From: Leptolyngbyaceae cyanobacterium
GTDB taxonomy: Bacteria; Cyanobacteriota; Cyanobacteriia; Phormidesmidales; Phormidesmidaceae
Length of the DNA stretch: 64,000 nucleotides
NCBI GenBank assembly: GCA_965263355.1
Contig: CBDHHL010000049.1
Coordinates: 160,001 to 224,000, forward strand
Direction of reading: 5' to 3'
The notes beneath the pieces are model-generated. The model had not been told where the DNA came from and did no database searches. It saw only the letters and a list, made by a program, of their open reading frames with translations. Position 1 is the stretch's first letter. The number at the start of each line of letters is the position of its first letter. Position numbers and translations under genes: made by a program. This document shows positions 9,501 to 20,795 of this stretch, one piece after another.

Positions 9501-12147
9501 CGTCAGCTACATCGCCATGACCCTGGCAACTGTTGAGCTGCCCGCCACGGTTGACGCTGTTAGTTTCCTCGAACCCCTATTCCTGGCAACGCCCAAGGGT
9601 GAACGTGAAACTGAATTGATAATAGGGCCTGTTGCAGGAGAGGACACTCGTCGGGTCGAGGTCTTTAGTCGTGATGTCGCTAACCAAGATGAGTGGCGAC
9701 ATCATGCCAATCTGACTGTACAGAATACTCCACAACCATTAGCCCCTCTGAGTATCAATATTGCTAGTCTAAAAGAACAACTAGACCCGATTGCTGCCGA
9801 TACCCTGAATGAATTCTATGAGGGTATTTCAGTTACTTATGGTCCCATGCTATCAGCGGTTCAACAGGCCTGGGTCGGTGATGGGGTTGCCCTGTCGGAA
9901 ATCGTCGTGCCCGAGGCACTGGTTTCCCAGTTGTCTGATGAACCCATTCATCCTGTCTTGCTTGATGCCTGCACCCGACTAGCCGCAGATCTATTCGACG
10001 TTGATGATGAACCTGGGGTGTTTTGGGCTCCCTGGCAAGTGGAAAGAGTGACTCTCATGCGTCCGGCTCCTCGACACTTCTATACCTATGTGCATCAACC
10101 CACACGCATTAATGAACAATTACAGACGCGTGCCCATAACATTCATCTGCTTGATGAGGCTGGTCAGACATTTGGATATATCGATGGCTTTACCATCAAG
10201 CGGGCCCCACGGGAGCGCTTCTTAAAGTATTTGCAAGCCGATACCTATCAATGGCTCTATCAACTGCAATGGAAAGGATCAGTGCTGCCGCCAACGACAA
10301 CGCTACCTGCTTCAGGAACCTGGTTATTGTTAGTTCCAACAAAAGCATGGGCCGAACTGCTTAGAGATATGCTTGCTCAACAGCAACAATCCTGTGTAGT
10401 AGTCTCCATCGGCGAAACATTCCAGCAGTTGGATGAATATCACTATCAAGTCTGTCCTACCCAAGAAAATACCTTTGAAAAACTTTTGCAACAGCTGCAA
10501 GAGAATAACATTACGCTAAAGGGCATCGTCCATCTATGGAGCCTGACTAGCGACCTTGAGAACTTAACTGCCAGCTTGAAGATAACCTGTGGCAGTACAC
10601 TACATCTGCTGCAAAGTTTACTATCTCGGTCACTATCCCCTGCGCTCTGGCTGGTTACCCAGGGCAGCCAACATTTGGGACGAGAGCAAGAGGCTCAAAT
10701 CGAGCAAACGCCGCTTTGGGGCCTCGGTCGCGTAATTGCGCTAGAACATCCTGAGGTGCACTGCCACTTGCTCGATTTGGATGCTGCCTCTCCAATGGCA
10801 GAAGCGGTGTCAATTGTGGTTCAGGAACTCTTGAATTCTGACACAGAAAATCTGATTGCTTATCATCAGACTCAACGCCATGTGGCTCGCCTCCACCCCT
10901 ATTCCACCAATGCAGACGCACTGCCTCCAAGTAATGAAGCTCTCGTCCAAGCAGATGCCAGCTACTTAATTGCCGGCGGCTTGGGTGCTCTAGGTCTGCA
11001 GGTTGCCCAATGGCTTGGGCAATTGGGGGCAACCTCGCTGGTGCTGATGGGAAGACGCCCGCCCTCAGAGAGTGCAGCCTCTATCATCAATGTGCTCAGG
11101 CAAGCTGGCGTGCATGTTTCGGTGGTGCAGGCAGATGTGGCGAATGCGGCAGATGTGGCCACGATTCTGAGTGAGATTGACACTCAGCTACCCCCCTTAA
11201 AAGGCATTATTCATGCCGCTGGGGTAATTGCCGATGGCCTGCTACAAAATCAGAGCTGGTCCCAATTTGAACTCGTTATGGCGGCCAAAGTGTTAGGTAG
11301 TTGGCATCTGCACCAGTTGACTCAGGATAAACCGTTAGACTTTTTCGTCTGCTTTTCGTCAGCGGCTTCTCTAATTGGTTCCTCGGGTCAAGGCAATTAT
11401 GCGGCAGCCAATGCCTTTATGGATGGCTTAGCCCATCATCGACGTAGCCAGGGTCTACCAGGATTGAGCATCAATTGGGGTCCCTGGGCAGGAGGTGGCA
11501 TGGCCGCTCAGCTGAGCCATCAACATCTAAGACGGTTTGAGCAGGCCGGATTCCAACCGCTTGATGTTGAGGTCGGTCTTTCAGTGTTACAGCAGTGTCT
11601 TCAGCTGGGGATGCCTCAAGTGGGTGTATTGCCGATCAATTGGTCAAAGTGGTCAGCCCAAGCCACCGCCGCGACGCCGCTGCTCAAAACAGTGCTGCCT
11701 GAGAGTGTCCAACCGTCTCAGGCAGGATGGTTGTTGCAACAGCTAGAAACGACTCCGATGGCACAGCGTCGGACAGTTTTGATGGCTCAGGTGCGGTTAC
11801 AGGTGGCTCAGGTGCTGGGGATTTCTGATTCAACTATCCTGGATGCCCATACAGGCTTATTTGACCTGGGAATAGATTCCCTGATGGTTACCGAACTAAG
11901 AAATCGATTACAGAGTTGTTTAGGGTGTCGATTGTCGGCGACAGATTTGTTTAATTACAACACCCTAGATGACTTAGTGAACTATTTGGTTCACGAGGTT
12001 TTTCAATGGGATGAGATTACCTTAGAGAACCCAATTCAGACAAAAGACGAGGTACTCAGGAATGGCATTACTGAAATTGAGATTATGGATCTCGATGAGC
12101 TAAATGCCTGTATTTCTGAGGAATTAGAAGAATTAGAAACTTTATAA
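6571..12147 (+). CDS. Type I modular PKS: KS-AT-DH-KR-ACP
   Basis: N-terminal docking helix (LLKEALLEIEALQSEL), DTACSSS, HGTGT, GHSIG, HAFH, DH HRVYDTVVIP/HPVLLD, KR GGLGALG and [17 protein letters not shown]. Overlaps the upstream stop (ATGA). Confidence 0.97.
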   Translation: MMDISTNRDYRPLLKEALLEIEALQSELKAVQHTQTEPLAIIGMGCRFPGGGNNPEAFWQLLKNGSNLCVDIPASRWEIDAFYDPDPAAPGKIYTRMGHFLNVPIDRFDPQFFGLSPREARSLDPQQRLLLEVCWESLEHAGLDATGLLASKTGVFVGLMNVEYPRLAFPSYEAIDMHSASGNAPSTAAGRIAYTFGFQGPTLAIDTACSSSLVAVHMACQSLRLGECDMALACGTNLMLGPEMYIGECRSQMLSTDGLCKTFDIAADGFGRGEGCGVVVLKRLSDAQRDRDTILALIRGSAVNQDGRSGGLTVPNGLAQEQVIGAALNNGQVEPHQLQYVEAHGTGTSLGDPIEITALGNVFGQSHSQEQPLMVGSVKTNIGHTEATAGIAGLIKLVLQLQHDEIAPHLNLSTSNPYIDWEKAPVTIPTTLTPWPRRQTPRLAGVSSFGFSGTNAHVIVEEAPIAVPTQPDVSPESPWQILTLSAKEQTALQQLAKQYESYLETMPADDLADVCFSTRVGRAHFEKRLALVGQDKGDFLAQLRGWSSEEQSSTGTGKKGKTAVLFTGQGSQYVDMGRQLYETQPLFRQTLDHCNTILQAYLDLDILNILYPDTSETGQAQDQPLQSASPSPLDQTTYTQPALFVIEYALYKLWQSWGITPSVVMGHSIGVIVAACVADVFSLEDGLKLSAMRGKLMGQLPSGGAMLSVMASVDQLGTLIAERGNVTIAAINGPESTVISGEQSAVRAVGQQLAAQGIKTKQLQVSHAFHSPLMKPMLAEFEQVAKQINYAPPKLKLISNVTGQIVTEEVTTPEYWCDHILAPVNFAAGMDRLQQEEIDVFLECGPQPILLGMGRQCLPEDEENAWLPSLRVGQDDWKQMLSSLRQLYIRGVAIDWRGFDKDYPQRRKVSLPTYPFQRQRYWIDVPPQHRMLPAHALVGSKLELASTGQTVYHQIINLAQQPWIGDHRVYDTVVIPGVSYIAMTLATVELPATVDAVSFLEPLFLATPKGERETELIIGPVAGEDTRRVEVFSRDVANQDEWRHHANLTVQNTPQPLAPLSINIASLKEQLDPIAADTLNEFYEGISVTYGPMLSAVQQAWVGDGVALSEIVVPEALVSQLSDEPIHPVLLDACTRLAADLFDVDDEPGVFWAPWQVERVTLMRPAPRHFYTYVHQPTRINEQLQTRAHNIHLLDEAGQTFGYIDGFTIKRAPRERFLKYLQADTYQWLYQLQWKGSVLPPTTTLPASGTWLLLVPTKAWAELLRDMLAQQQQSCVVVSIGETFQQLDEYHYQVCPTQENTFEKLLQQLQENNITLKGIVHLWSLTSDLENLTASLKITCGSTLHLLQSLLSRSLSPALWLVTQGSQHLGREQEAQIEQTPLWGLGRVIALEHPEVHCHLLDLDAASPMAEAVSIVVQELLNSDTENLIAYHQTQRHVARLHPYSTNADALPPSNEALVQADASYLIAGGLGALGLQVAQWLGQLGATSLVLMGRRPPSESAASIINVLRQAGVHVSVVQADVANAADVATILSEIDTQLPPLKGIIHAAGVIADGLLQNQSWSQFELVMAAKVLGSWHLHQLTQDKPLDFFVCFSSAASLIGSSGQGNYAAANAFMDGLAHHRRSQGLPGLSINWGPWAGGGMAAQLSHQHLRRFEQAGFQPLDVEVGLSVLQQCLQLGMPQVGVLPINWSKWSAQATAATPLLKTVLPESVQPSQAGWLLQQLETTPMAQRRTVLMAQVRLQVAQVLGISDSTILDAHTGLFDLGIDSLMVTELRNRLQSCLGCRLSATDLFNYNTLDDLVNYLVHEVFQWDEITLENPIQTKDEVLRNGITEIEIMDLDELNACISEELEELETL

Positions 12148-12159
12148 GCGAACAAATAA

Positions 12160-15100
12160 ATGAACAAGATTTCTGCTCAATCATCTGAACAACTTCAATC
12201 TGCTCAGAATGTCCTGTTGGCGTTGCGTAATGCTAAAAACAAACTTAAAGCTATTAAACAAGCTAAGACAGAACCGATTGCCATCATTGGCTTAGGGTGT
12301 CGTTTCCCAAAATCCAATAGTCCAGCTGATTTCTGGCGGTTACTGGAACAGGGCATGGATGCTGTGACTGAGGTGCCTGCAGAGCGTTGGGACATTGACC
12401 AATATTATGACCCCGACCCAGAGGTTCTGGGCAAAATGCATACCCGCCATGCCAGCTTCCTGTCCGACGTAGATCAATTTGATGCTGACTTTTTCAAAAT
12501 CTCTCCTCGCGAAGCCAAGAGTCTCGATCCTCAACATCGATTGTTGTTGGAAGTGTGTTGGGAAAGTCTCGAAGATGCAGGGGTGTCGCCACTGGCGTTG
12601 AAAGGTACTCAAACCAGTGTCTTTATTGGCATGATGACCCATGACTATGGACACCTTGCGGCCCAGACTGCAGATATCCATACAGGTTTTGGCAATGGGG
12701 CTCCCCTGGCCGCTGGTCGGATTGCCTATACCTTAGGTCTTAATGGACCTACATTGACGGTCGAAACAGCCTGTTCTTCTTCTCTAGTTGCTTGTCATTT
12801 GGCGTGTCAGAGTTTGCGTAACCAAGAGAGTAATCTGGCCTTGGTCGGTGGTATCAACCTGATGTTGACACCCGAGATGAGTATCCTTGAGGCTCAAGCT
12901 CAGATGAATTCACCCGATGGTCGGTGCAAAACCTTTGATGAGGGTGCTGATGGCTATGGGCGCGGTGAGGGCTGTGGCATTGTGGTGCTCAAGCGATTGA
13001 GCGATGCCCAAGCCGATGGTGACCGAATTTTAGGGTTGATTCGGGGGTCTGCCATTAATCATGATGGCCCCAGTAGTAGCTTGACAGTGCCTAATGGATT
13101 AGCGCAAAAAACATTGATCGAGCAAGCCTTAGCCAATGCCAATGTGCAGGCAGCTCAGGTGGACTATGTGGAATGTCATGGCACTGGAACAGCCTTGGGA
13201 GATCCCATTGAGGTCGATGCGTTAGTCAAGGCTTACGGTCAGCATCGCGCTTTGAATCATCCGATCATGCTTGGTTCTGTTAAGACGAACATTGGTCATA
13301 CCGAAGGGGCTGCCGGTATTGCGGGATTAATCAAGGTAATTTTGTCTTTACAACACGAGAAGATTCCACCGCATCTGCATCTGAAGCAGCCCAATCGACG
13401 CATTGCCTGGGATGACATACCTGTGGTTGTGCCGACGGCAATCCAACCCTGGCAACGGGGAGAGAAGACTAGACTGGCTGGGGTGAGTTCCTTTGGCCTC
13501 AGTGGCACCAATGCCCATGTGATTGTCGAAGAAGCGCCTTTATCCCGACCGATGCCAGCCCCCCTGGAGCGTCCCTGGCATGTGCTGACCCTATCCGCCA
13601 AAACAGAGGATGCGTTGCAAGCACTGGTTGAGCAGTATGAGCGATACTTCAACGCTCACCCAGAGTTAACACTTGCAGACATTGGCTATACGGTTAATAC
13701 CGGTCGAGCACACTTTCAAAATCGTTTAGCGATTGCGGGAACTTCTTTAGCTGAGGTGTCTGAGAAACTGAGACAACTTAGAGAAGCAAAACAGACACAG
13801 GGAACCAACCTGGGGCAATTTGATCACCGGCAGGCTGCACAGATAGCTGTTCTGTTTACGGGACAAGGTTCGCAGTATGTAGGCATGGCCCGAGAACTTT
13901 ATAAGACGCAACCGACCTTCAGACAGACGCTTGAGCAGTGCGATGAGATTCTTAATGCTTATCTCGATCTGCCCTTGCTCGATATTCTCTATCCAGATGA
14001 GAGAACAGAACAAGCCGATGCTCTATTGCATCAGACGGCCTATACCCAACCGGCTCTATTTGCCATTGAGTATGCACTCTATCAACTCTGGCAATCTTGG
14101 GGCATTGCACCTTCTGTGGTGATGGGGCATAGCATTGGTGAGATAGTAGCGGCTTGTGTTGCAGGTGTCTTCTCTCTCGAAGATGGCTTGAAGCTGAGTG
14201 CGATGCGGGGCCAGCTGATGCAACAAATACCCGCTGGTGGCGCAATGCTATCGGTGATGGCCTCCGTTGAGCAGGTTAGAACTATCATTGCTGATTCAGA
14301 AAGAAACAACGTTGAGATCGCGGCTATCAATGGCCCTGAGAGTACGGTTATTTCAGGTGAAGCATCTGCCGTTCAATCGATTGCTCAACACCTCGAAGCT
14401 CAGGGAATTAAAACCAAACAACTTCAAGTCTCCCATGCTTTCCATTCACCGTTGATGGCACCGATGCTGGCTGAGTTTGAGCAGGTGGCTCAGCAGATCA
14501 GCTATTCACTGCCTCAGCTCAAACTGATTTCCAATGTCACCGGACAGGTGGTGACTGAGCAAGTGGCGACGCCTGAGTATTGGTGTGAGCATATTCTGGC
14601 ACCAGTGAACTTTTCTGCTGGCATGGAGTGTCTGCAGCATGAAGAGATTAATATCTTGCTTGAATGTGGGCCTCAACCGATTCTGCTAGGAATGGGACGA
14701 CAGTGTCTACCAGCGGATGAGGAGAACGCTTGGTTACCGTCTCTTAGACCGGATCAGAGCAACTGGCAGCAGATGCTCTCCAGCTTAGGTCAGCTCTATA
14801 TCCGTGGGGTGAACATTGATTGGGAGGGCTTTGAGACGGACTATCCCCAACGCCGTAAAGTCTCCCTACCCACCTATCCCTTCCAGCGTCAACGTTACTG
14901 GGTGGAAACTCAACCCAATCCAACTCGAATGATGGCCGCCAGAGATCGCATCCATCCACTGCTGGGTCAACGATTACAATTAGCAGGCCGCTGCCAAGAC
15001 ATTTTCTTTGAAACCAGCCTGAGTGCGGCGAGTCCGGTCTACTTGTCAGACCATCGTGTCTTGGACCAGGTGGTTCTCCCAGGAGCCGCTTATGTAGAGA

Positions 15101-18100
15101 TGGTTCTGGCGGCTGGAGCCCAAATTTTTCAATCCCACTGCCTGGTATTAGAACAGGTCTTTATGGCTCACCCCCTGCTCCTATCAGCCACTCAATCTAC
15201 CACAGTACAGGTTGTCCTGAGTCCAACCGAAAAAGGCGTTTACACATTTGAGGTGGCCAGCTTGAAAACGGCTTCTGACGCTGACAGTTGGCAAGTCCAT
15301 GTCTCGGGGAAGCTACGCGCAGGAGGCACCCGACCGGACAAAGTGATGTTAGAGCAATGGCATGACCGAGGGGCACCGCTGCCATTGGAGCCATTTTACC
15401 GACAGTCTCAAGCGCAGGGGCTGGCGTTTGGCGAGTGCTTCCAATCTTTAACACAAGCCTGGACTGAGTCTGGCGAAGGGTATGCCCAGGTGAAATTGCC
15501 CCTAGCTATTGGGGACGCTGATAACTATCATCTGCATCCCATTCTGCTGGATGGCGGCTTTCAATTAACCGGGGCCATGCTGGCAGTCGGTAACCAAACC
15601 CAGTCAAACTCGCTGTATTTGCCCGTGGCCATTGAGCGTCTGGAGGTCTATGGCCAGGCGGGACCGCAACTATGGGTGCAAGCAAACGTACGTGATGCGG
15701 ATACTGGGAACAGTTTGAGCAGTGACTTTCGGTTGGTAGACCCAACGGGGAACGTTGTTGCTCAAGTGGAGGGTTTCACCCTTCGCCAGGCTACTCGTCA
15801 AGGACTGCAGCGAGCTTTGGAACCAGATTTGAGTGATTGGTTCTACACGCTAGACTGGCGGCTGCACCCCCTGGAGAGATCGCACCCACTACCATCTGGA
15901 GGTCGCTGGCTGGTATTCACCTCAGGCGGAGACTTGGGTGAGCAATTACTTCAACAGCTTCAGCAGCAAGGTCATACCTGCATCCAAGTTGCTGTGGGTT
16001 CCAGCTATCAACGCTTGAGCGACGCATACTACCAGGTGAATCCTCTAGAACCCGATGATTTTCGGCAACTGCTGCAAGCGTGTTGTCACGAGCAGCCGCA
16101 AGGGATTATCCACCTGTGGTCCCTGGAAAGTGCCGCAGTGGCAGAGTTGGATACGGATGGCTTGTACCAGTCACAGGTACTCAGCTGCGGCAGTGTGCTG
16201 CATCTGTTGCAGGGATTGTCGTCGGCTCAGGCCGTGCCCCTGTACTTGGTGACCCAAGGGGCACAATCAATCCGCTCTCATCCAACAGAGGTACAGGTGC
16301 AGCAAGCTCCCTTGTGGGGCTTGGGGCGAGTCATTGCGATGGAATATCCGGCGATTAAGTGTCAGCGCTTAGACTTAGACCCCAATGCTTCTGTAGAGAC
16401 GAATGTGGGTGCGATCGCAGCTGAACTGCATAGCAGCCATGACGAAGATCAAGTCGCCTATCGCCACAATCAGCGCTTTGTGGCCCGCCTGCTGCGACAG
16501 CGAGAAGCCGCTCAAAGAGCGGGGCAACGTGCCATCCCTCAAGGGCAACCCTATCAGTTAAAGCTGTCAGCCTATGGCTCCCCCGACCACCTCAGTCTGC
16601 AACCCATGACCCGTCGTGCTCCTGCCGCTGGGGAAGTGGAAGTGCAGATGCAAGCGGTCGGTTTGAACTTTCGCGATGTCCTGAACGCCCTCGGCGTGCT
16701 CAAGGATTACTATGCCGAGCACTTTGGGATTACCGACCCGCAGCAGTTAACCTTTGGATTTGAAGGAGTGGGGCGCATTGTGGCGCTGGGAGCAGAGGTT
16801 ACACATCTGCAGATCGGCGATGAGGTGATAGTGACGATGATACCGGATGGCTTCAGCAGCCATGTCACCACAAAAGCCGCCTGGGTGTTCAAAAAGCCAC
16901 CACAGCTTAGTGCCACTGCCGCTGCCACGCTTCCCTTGGTATTTTTAACTGCTCAGTACGGGTTGAGTCAGTTGGCCCAGCTGCAGCCAGGGGAGCGGGT
17001 GCTGATCCATGCAGCGGCAGGTGGCGTGGGCCAGGCCGCCGTACAAATTGCCCAACGGCTGGGGGCTGAGATTTACGCCACAGCCAGTCCAGGAAAATGG
17101 GCATTTCTTCGCTCCCAGGGCATTCAACACATCTTCAACTCACGCAGCCTGACGTTTGCCGACCAGATAAAGCAAGCGACTGGCGGCGTGGGAGTGGATG
17201 TCGTCCTCAACAGTTTGAATGGCGAACATATTCCCAAGAGCCTGGATGTTTTAGCTCCAGGCGGGCGATTTATTGAAATCGGCAAGGCTGGCATCTGGAG
17301 TACCGCACAAGTGCGCCAGCAGCGGCCTGATGTGGCCTATTTCCCCTTTGATCTAGGTGAAGTGGGTCAAGCCAATCCGCCGTTGATGCGAGCAATATTT
17401 GAGCAATTTCAGCAGGCGGTTACAGAAGGTGACCTAAAATCACTACGCCAGCAGGTATATCCGATTACCCAAGTGGTCGAGGCGTTCCGGTTGATGCAAC
17501 GGGGTCAGCACCTAGGTAAGGTGGTGGTGACGCTACCAGATGTTGAGGCCGCTGAAACCGGTGTCCAAAGTGAAGGCAGTTACCTGATCACGGGTGGATT
17601 GGGAGCCCTGGGGCTACAGTTGGCACAAGCATTAGCAGACCAGGGAGCCCGTTCCTTGGTGCTGATGGGACGTCGTTCGCCCTCCGCTCAAGCCCAAACT
17701 GTGATTACGGCACTGCAGACCCAGGGGATTAAGGTGAGTGTGGAGCTTGCGGATGTAGCCGATTTTCCAGCCGTCGCTCAGATGATGGCGAAAATTGAGG
17801 CCGAACTCCCTCCGTTACGGGGCGTGGTCCATGCCGCTGGAGTCCTGGAGGATGGTCTCCTACAGCAGATGAGCTGGCCCAGTTTTACCAAGGTGATGGC
17901 CCCCAAGGTGCTAGGTGCTTGGAATTTACATCAGCTGACACAGCAGCAGCCATTAGATTTCTTTGTCTGCTTCTCTTCAATCGCAGCCCTGATGGGAAAT
18001 GCCACTCAGGGAAACTATGCGGCCGCGAATACGTTTCTCGATGCCCTGGCTCATCATCGTCGAGTCAGGGGATTGCCCGGCTTAAGTATCAATTGGGGGC

Positions 18101-19398
18101 CTTGGGCAGCGGACGGCATGGCAGCCTGCTTAGGCACACAGTATCAAAGTCATCTGCAAGCCTTGGGCATTGCATCCATGACTCCCCAACAGGGCCTTAA
18201 ATCATTCACTCAGTTGTTGTCAGAACCCGACACGCAAGTTGGTGTATTCTCGATTAATTGGTCTAATTTTTTGAAACACCTACCCGGTAGAGTAAATCCT
18301 CCGTTTTTAGAAGAATTTGCTTCTAATGTAGTCGTTGAGACTAAAAATGATCGCCTCATTGAGCAATTGAGAACAGCTCCAGCAGATGAAAAAGAGAATA
18401 TCCTAACCCCTTATCTGCAAAATAAGATTGCGCGGGTTTTAGGGATGACAGCGTCCCTAATAGATGTTGAAGAACCACTTAATCAGATGGGACTTGATTC
18501 TCTGATGACGATCGAGGTACGTGCCCAAATTCAAAGAGAGTTGACCGTGGATTTGCCCATCGAAAAGCTCATAGAGGGGCCTAGTATTACTCAAGTCGCT
18601 ATATTACTGCTTGAGCAATTGGCGTTGACCGATGTTAGTGCATCAACCCAGCCAGATTTAACGGTTCACCCTGAAACTCACGAGGCTGCAGCGACTGAAC
18701 CTACCGAAGACCTTTTGACTGGAGAGCCTAAAGCGGTTCTACCAGGCCCTAGAAATTTAATTGCCCGTGTTATCCTCTGGATTTTTGGCTTTCTGACCCG
18801 ATTCATCTGGTCCATTGAAGTCGTTGGCCAGGAACACCTTTCACCCGAACCGCCTTTTATTCTTTGTGCTAACCATGAATCGCATTTTGATTCGCTATGG
18901 ATCACGTCGTACTTATCACCACAGCTGCGATATCAATTCTGTACTTTGGCGAAGCAAGAGCATTTTGAAAAACGAATACCGAGACTGTTGATGAGCCTTC
19001 TTGGTAGCATACCTGTGGACCGTCAAGGAGATTCGCTGCCAGCGCTCCGAACAGCAGCCCAAGGATTACTGGCGAAACGACCTTTATTTATTCACCCAGA
19101 AGGGACGCGTACGCGAACCGGTGAACTTTTACCCTTTCGAAGGGGAGCTGCCAAATTAGCCATTGCCACTAGTTCACCGATAATTCCCGTAAGGATCATT
19201 GGGGCGTACGCAATCTTTCCGCCTGATCAGAAATGGCCTAGCTTGTTTGACTGGAAAAACTGGCGACGGCGGCAGCTGAAGATTGTTTTTGGGGCACCAA
19301 TTGAACCATCAAAGCAAGAAAGGGGGTTGCAGGCAGAAATTCTTTTGACTGAACAACTCCGCCAGGCCATCATTGCACTTCACTGTTCTGAGTGTTAA
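12160..19398 (+). CDS. Terminal type I PKS module: KS-AT-DH-ER-KR-ACP plus C-terminal PlsC/AGPAT-like acyltransferase
   Basis: [52 protein letters not shown] and [16 protein letters not shown]. Followed by NHESHFD (NHx4D) and HPEGTR..G.L.PF..G, the lysophospholipid acyltransferase motifs. No TE GxSxG domain after the ACP. Confidence 0.95.
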   Translation: MNKISAQSSEQLQSAQNVLLALRNAKNKLKAIKQAKTEPIAIIGLGCRFPKSNSPADFWRLLEQGMDAVTEVPAERWDIDQYYDPDPEVLGKMHTRHASFLSDVDQFDADFFKISPREAKSLDPQHRLLLEVCWESLEDAGVSPLALKGTQTSVFIGMMTHDYGHLAAQTADIHTGFGNGAPLAAGRIAYTLGLNGPTLTVETACSSSLVACHLACQSLRNQESNLALVGGINLMLTPEMSILEAQAQMNSPDGRCKTFDEGADGYGRGEGCGIVVLKRLSDAQADGDRILGLIRGSAINHDGPSSSLTVPNGLAQKTLIEQALANANVQAAQVDYVECHGTGTALGDPIEVDALVKAYGQHRALNHPIMLGSVKTNIGHTEGAAGIAGLIKVILSLQHEKIPPHLHLKQPNRRIAWDDIPVVVPTAIQPWQRGEKTRLAGVSSFGLSGTNAHVIVEEAPLSRPMPAPLERPWHVLTLSAKTEDALQALVEQYERYFNAHPELTLADIGYTVNTGRAHFQNRLAIAGTSLAEVSEKLRQLREAKQTQGTNLGQFDHRQAAQIAVLFTGQGSQYVGMARELYKTQPTFRQTLEQCDEILNAYLDLPLLDILYPDERTEQADALLHQTAYTQPALFAIEYALYQLWQSWGIAPSVVMGHSIGEIVAACVAGVFSLEDGLKLSAMRGQLMQQIPAGGAMLSVMASVEQVRTIIADSERNNVEIAAINGPESTVISGEASAVQSIAQHLEAQGIKTKQLQVSHAFHSPLMAPMLAEFEQVAQQISYSLPQLKLISNVTGQVVTEQVATPEYWCEHILAPVNFSAGMECLQHEEINILLECGPQPILLGMGRQCLPADEENAWLPSLRPDQSNWQQMLSSLGQLYIRGVNIDWEGFETDYPQRRKVSLPTYPFQRQRYWVETQPNPTRMMAARDRIHPLLGQRLQLAGRCQDIFFETSLSAASPVYLSDHRVLDQVVLPGAAYVEMVLAAGAQIFQSHCLVLEQVFMAHPLLLSATQSTTVQVVLSPTEKGVYTFEVASLKTASDADSWQVHVSGKLRAGGTRPDKVMLEQWHDRGAPLPLEPFYRQSQAQGLAFGECFQSLTQAWTESGEGYAQVKLPLAIGDADNYHLHPILLDGGFQLTGAMLAVGNQTQSNSLYLPVAIERLEVYGQAGPQLWVQANVRDADTGNSLSSDFRLVDPTGNVVAQVEGFTLRQATRQGLQRALEPDLSDWFYTLDWRLHPLERSHPLPSGGRWLVFTSGGDLGEQLLQQLQQQGHTCIQVAVGSSYQRLSDAYYQVNPLEPDDFRQLLQACCHEQPQGIIHLWSLESAAVAELDTDGLYQSQVLSCGSVLHLLQGLSSAQAVPLYLVTQGAQSIRSHPTEVQVQQAPLWGLGRVIAMEYPAIKCQRLDLDPNASVETNVGAIAAELHSSHDEDQVAYRHNQRFVARLLRQREAAQRAGQRAIPQGQPYQLKLSAYGSPDHLSLQPMTRRAPAAGEVEVQMQAVGLNFRDVLNALGVLKDYYAEHFGITDPQQLTFGFEGVGRIVALGAEVTHLQIGDEVIVTMIPDGFSSHVTTKAAWVFKKPPQLSATAAATLPLVFLTAQYGLSQLAQLQPGERVLIHAAAGGVGQAAVQIAQRLGAEIYATASPGKWAFLRSQGIQHIFNSRSLTFADQIKQATGGVGVDVVLNSLNGEHIPKSLDVLAPGGRFIEIGKAGIWSTAQVRQQRPDVAYFPFDLGEVGQANPPLMRAIFEQFQQAVTEGDLKSLRQQVYPITQVVEAFRLMQRGQHLGKVVVTLPDVEAAETGVQSEGSYLITGGLGALGLQLAQALADQGARSLVLMGRRSPSAQAQTVITALQTQGIKVSVELADVADFPAVAQMMAKIEAELPPLRGVVHAAGVLEDGLLQQMSWPSFTKVMAPKVLGAWNLHQLTQQQPLDFFVCFSSIAALMGNATQGNYAAANTFLDALAHHRRVRGLPGLSINWGPWAADGMAACLGTQYQSHLQALGIASMTPQQGLKSFTQLLSEPDTQVGVFSINWSNFLKHLPGRVNPPFLEEFASNVVVETKNDRLIEQLRTAPADEKENILTPYLQNKIARVLGMTASLIDVEEPLNQMGLDSLMTIEVRAQIQRELTVDLPIEKLIEGPSITQVAILLLEQLALTDVSASTQPDLTVHPETHEAAATEPTEDLLTGEPKAVLPGPRNLIARVILWIFGFLTRFIWSIEVVGQEHLSPEPPFILCANHESHFDSLWITSYLSPQLRYQFCTLAKQEHFEKRIPRLLMSLLGSIPVDRQGDSLPALRTAAQGLLAKRPLFIHPEGTRTRTGELLPFRRGAAKLAIATSSPIIPVRIIGAYAIFPPDQKWPSLFDWKNWRRRQLKIVFGAPIEPSKQERGLQAEILLTEQLRQAIIALHCSEC

Positions 19399-19537
19399 TT
19401 TTGTGCGAGAAGTAGAGCCTTGAAGAATTGCTACCGTTTTGTATTAGACGACAATTATTTTGGGCTCTTCTGAGCTTTTAGTGAGCTGTTAAAGCTTGGT
19501 GCTAGCAAGACCTAAAGCAGAGCGTAGTGGATGTTTT

Positions 19538-20590
19538 ATGAATAGCGCATCTCCATTGGAACGTCTACCTATGGTTCATTTGAGTACAGAAAAAATTCCG
19601 CAAGAACATCAGCTCGAAGTTTGGCAACAGACAGCCTCTCCTCTATTTGATGTGATTCCCATGAAGGATATGCGGTCTTTTTCGTGTTCAGTCACCAGTT
19701 ACTTGGTAGGGCAGTTGACCTTTAATCACACAACATTTGATCGAACACAATTTATTCGTACATCGCGACATCTTTCAATTCATGGGTCTGATTGTATTAC
19801 TCTCCAGTATTACTGTTCTGGGCAAATTCAGGGAAATCTGGAGAGTGGCGTTCAGTTACAGATGGCGAGCGATCGCATCTCAATTCATGATTTTGCCCAT
19901 CCCTACACTGGCATTGGTGAAACAAGTAACCAGTTTGCCATTGTCATTCCGCGCCATTTAATTACGGTTCATGACCAAATTTATAAAAATTATCCTGTGT
20001 TTTCTTGGTCTGTCAATTCGTCGGTTGGTCGCATCCTGACCCATGCATGGCTGACGATTTGGAAAAATCTCCCCGATATGTCTCAGGCAGATGCCTCAGC
20101 AATCGCACAGGGATTTATTGGCCTACTCAATGGCCTATTATCTAGCAAGCTGGATATGGCAACTCGTGCCCAGGTAGAACTGTCCACAATAGATGCGATG
20201 AAAGCCCATTTACAGGCTAATCTCCATCTAATTAATCTGGGAGTAGAAAGTCTGTGTGAGATATTTCACTGCTCACGTTCCACCGTTTATCGGTTATTTA
20301 AAGCTGAGGGGGGAGTCCAAGCCTATGTGCGAGAACAACGCTTGAAGTACTGCTATCAAGAACTGCAACAATTACCACCCTCTTCACGTAAAACGATTAG
20401 TGAAATTGCCGGAAAGTGGGGGTTTGCTGATGCAGCATCCTTTAGCCGTCTCTTTCGAAAACATTACGGCATATCGCCATCAGAGGTGAATGCCTCCCTG
20501 TCTGAAGCCATCGCTCCAGTGATGAAAACACAGGCAAGTTATTGGTCTGAAAGCGATCGTCTAAAACAGTGGTTAGAGAATTATTCATAA
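19538..20590 (+). CDS. AraC-family transcriptional regulator (FeaR-like N-terminal ligand domain)
   Basis: C-terminal double HTH (SRSTVYRLF ... ISEIAGKWGFADAASFSRLFRKHYGISPSE). ATG at 19538 preferred over TTG at 19496. Confidence 0.92.
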   Translation: MNSASPLERLPMVHLSTEKIPQEHQLEVWQQTASPLFDVIPMKDMRSFSCSVTSYLVGQLTFNHTTFDRTQFIRTSRHLSIHGSDCITLQYYCSGQIQGNLESGVQLQMASDRISIHDFAHPYTGIGETSNQFAIVIPRHLITVHDQIYKNYPVFSWSVNSSVGRILTHAWLTIWKNLPDMSQADASAIAQGFIGLLNGLLSSKLDMATRAQVELSTIDAMKAHLQANLHLINLGVESLCEIFHCSRSTVYRLFKAEGGVQAYVREQRLKYCYQELQQLPPSSRKTISEIAGKWGFADAASFSRLFRKHYGISPSEVNASLSEAIAPVMKTQASYWSESDRLKQWLENYS

Positions 20591-20604
20591 TTTACCTGAC
20601 TGCC

Positions 20605-20670
20605 TGAGACAAATTAACAAGGAAATTGAGACGTCTTCCCAAGACGACGCAAAAACACCTCAAATATACT
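20605..20670 (+). promoter_or_regulatory. Putative AraC-activated promoter: tandem TGAGAC-N7-CAAG repeats plus -10 TATACT
   Basis: TGAGACaaattaaCAAG (20605-20621) and TGAGACgtcttccCAAG (20627-20643), 22-bp period, then TATACT at 20665-20670, upstream of the S8 gene. Confidence 0.55.
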
Positions 20671-20795
20671 GAAGCAGTAAATCTACGGTATTCCTTAGAT
20701 CACCACAGTAATTGATCTGCAAATCTGCGACAAATCAGATTAATTAGGCTGAAAAACAATCTCAAGCCAATACGTTTAGGGGCATCAAGACACTG

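Noticed and set aside
19538..20590. AraC gene as the PKS pathway regulator
   Set aside because: Only adjacency supports this. The candidate tandem operator lies in front of the S8 cluster instead.
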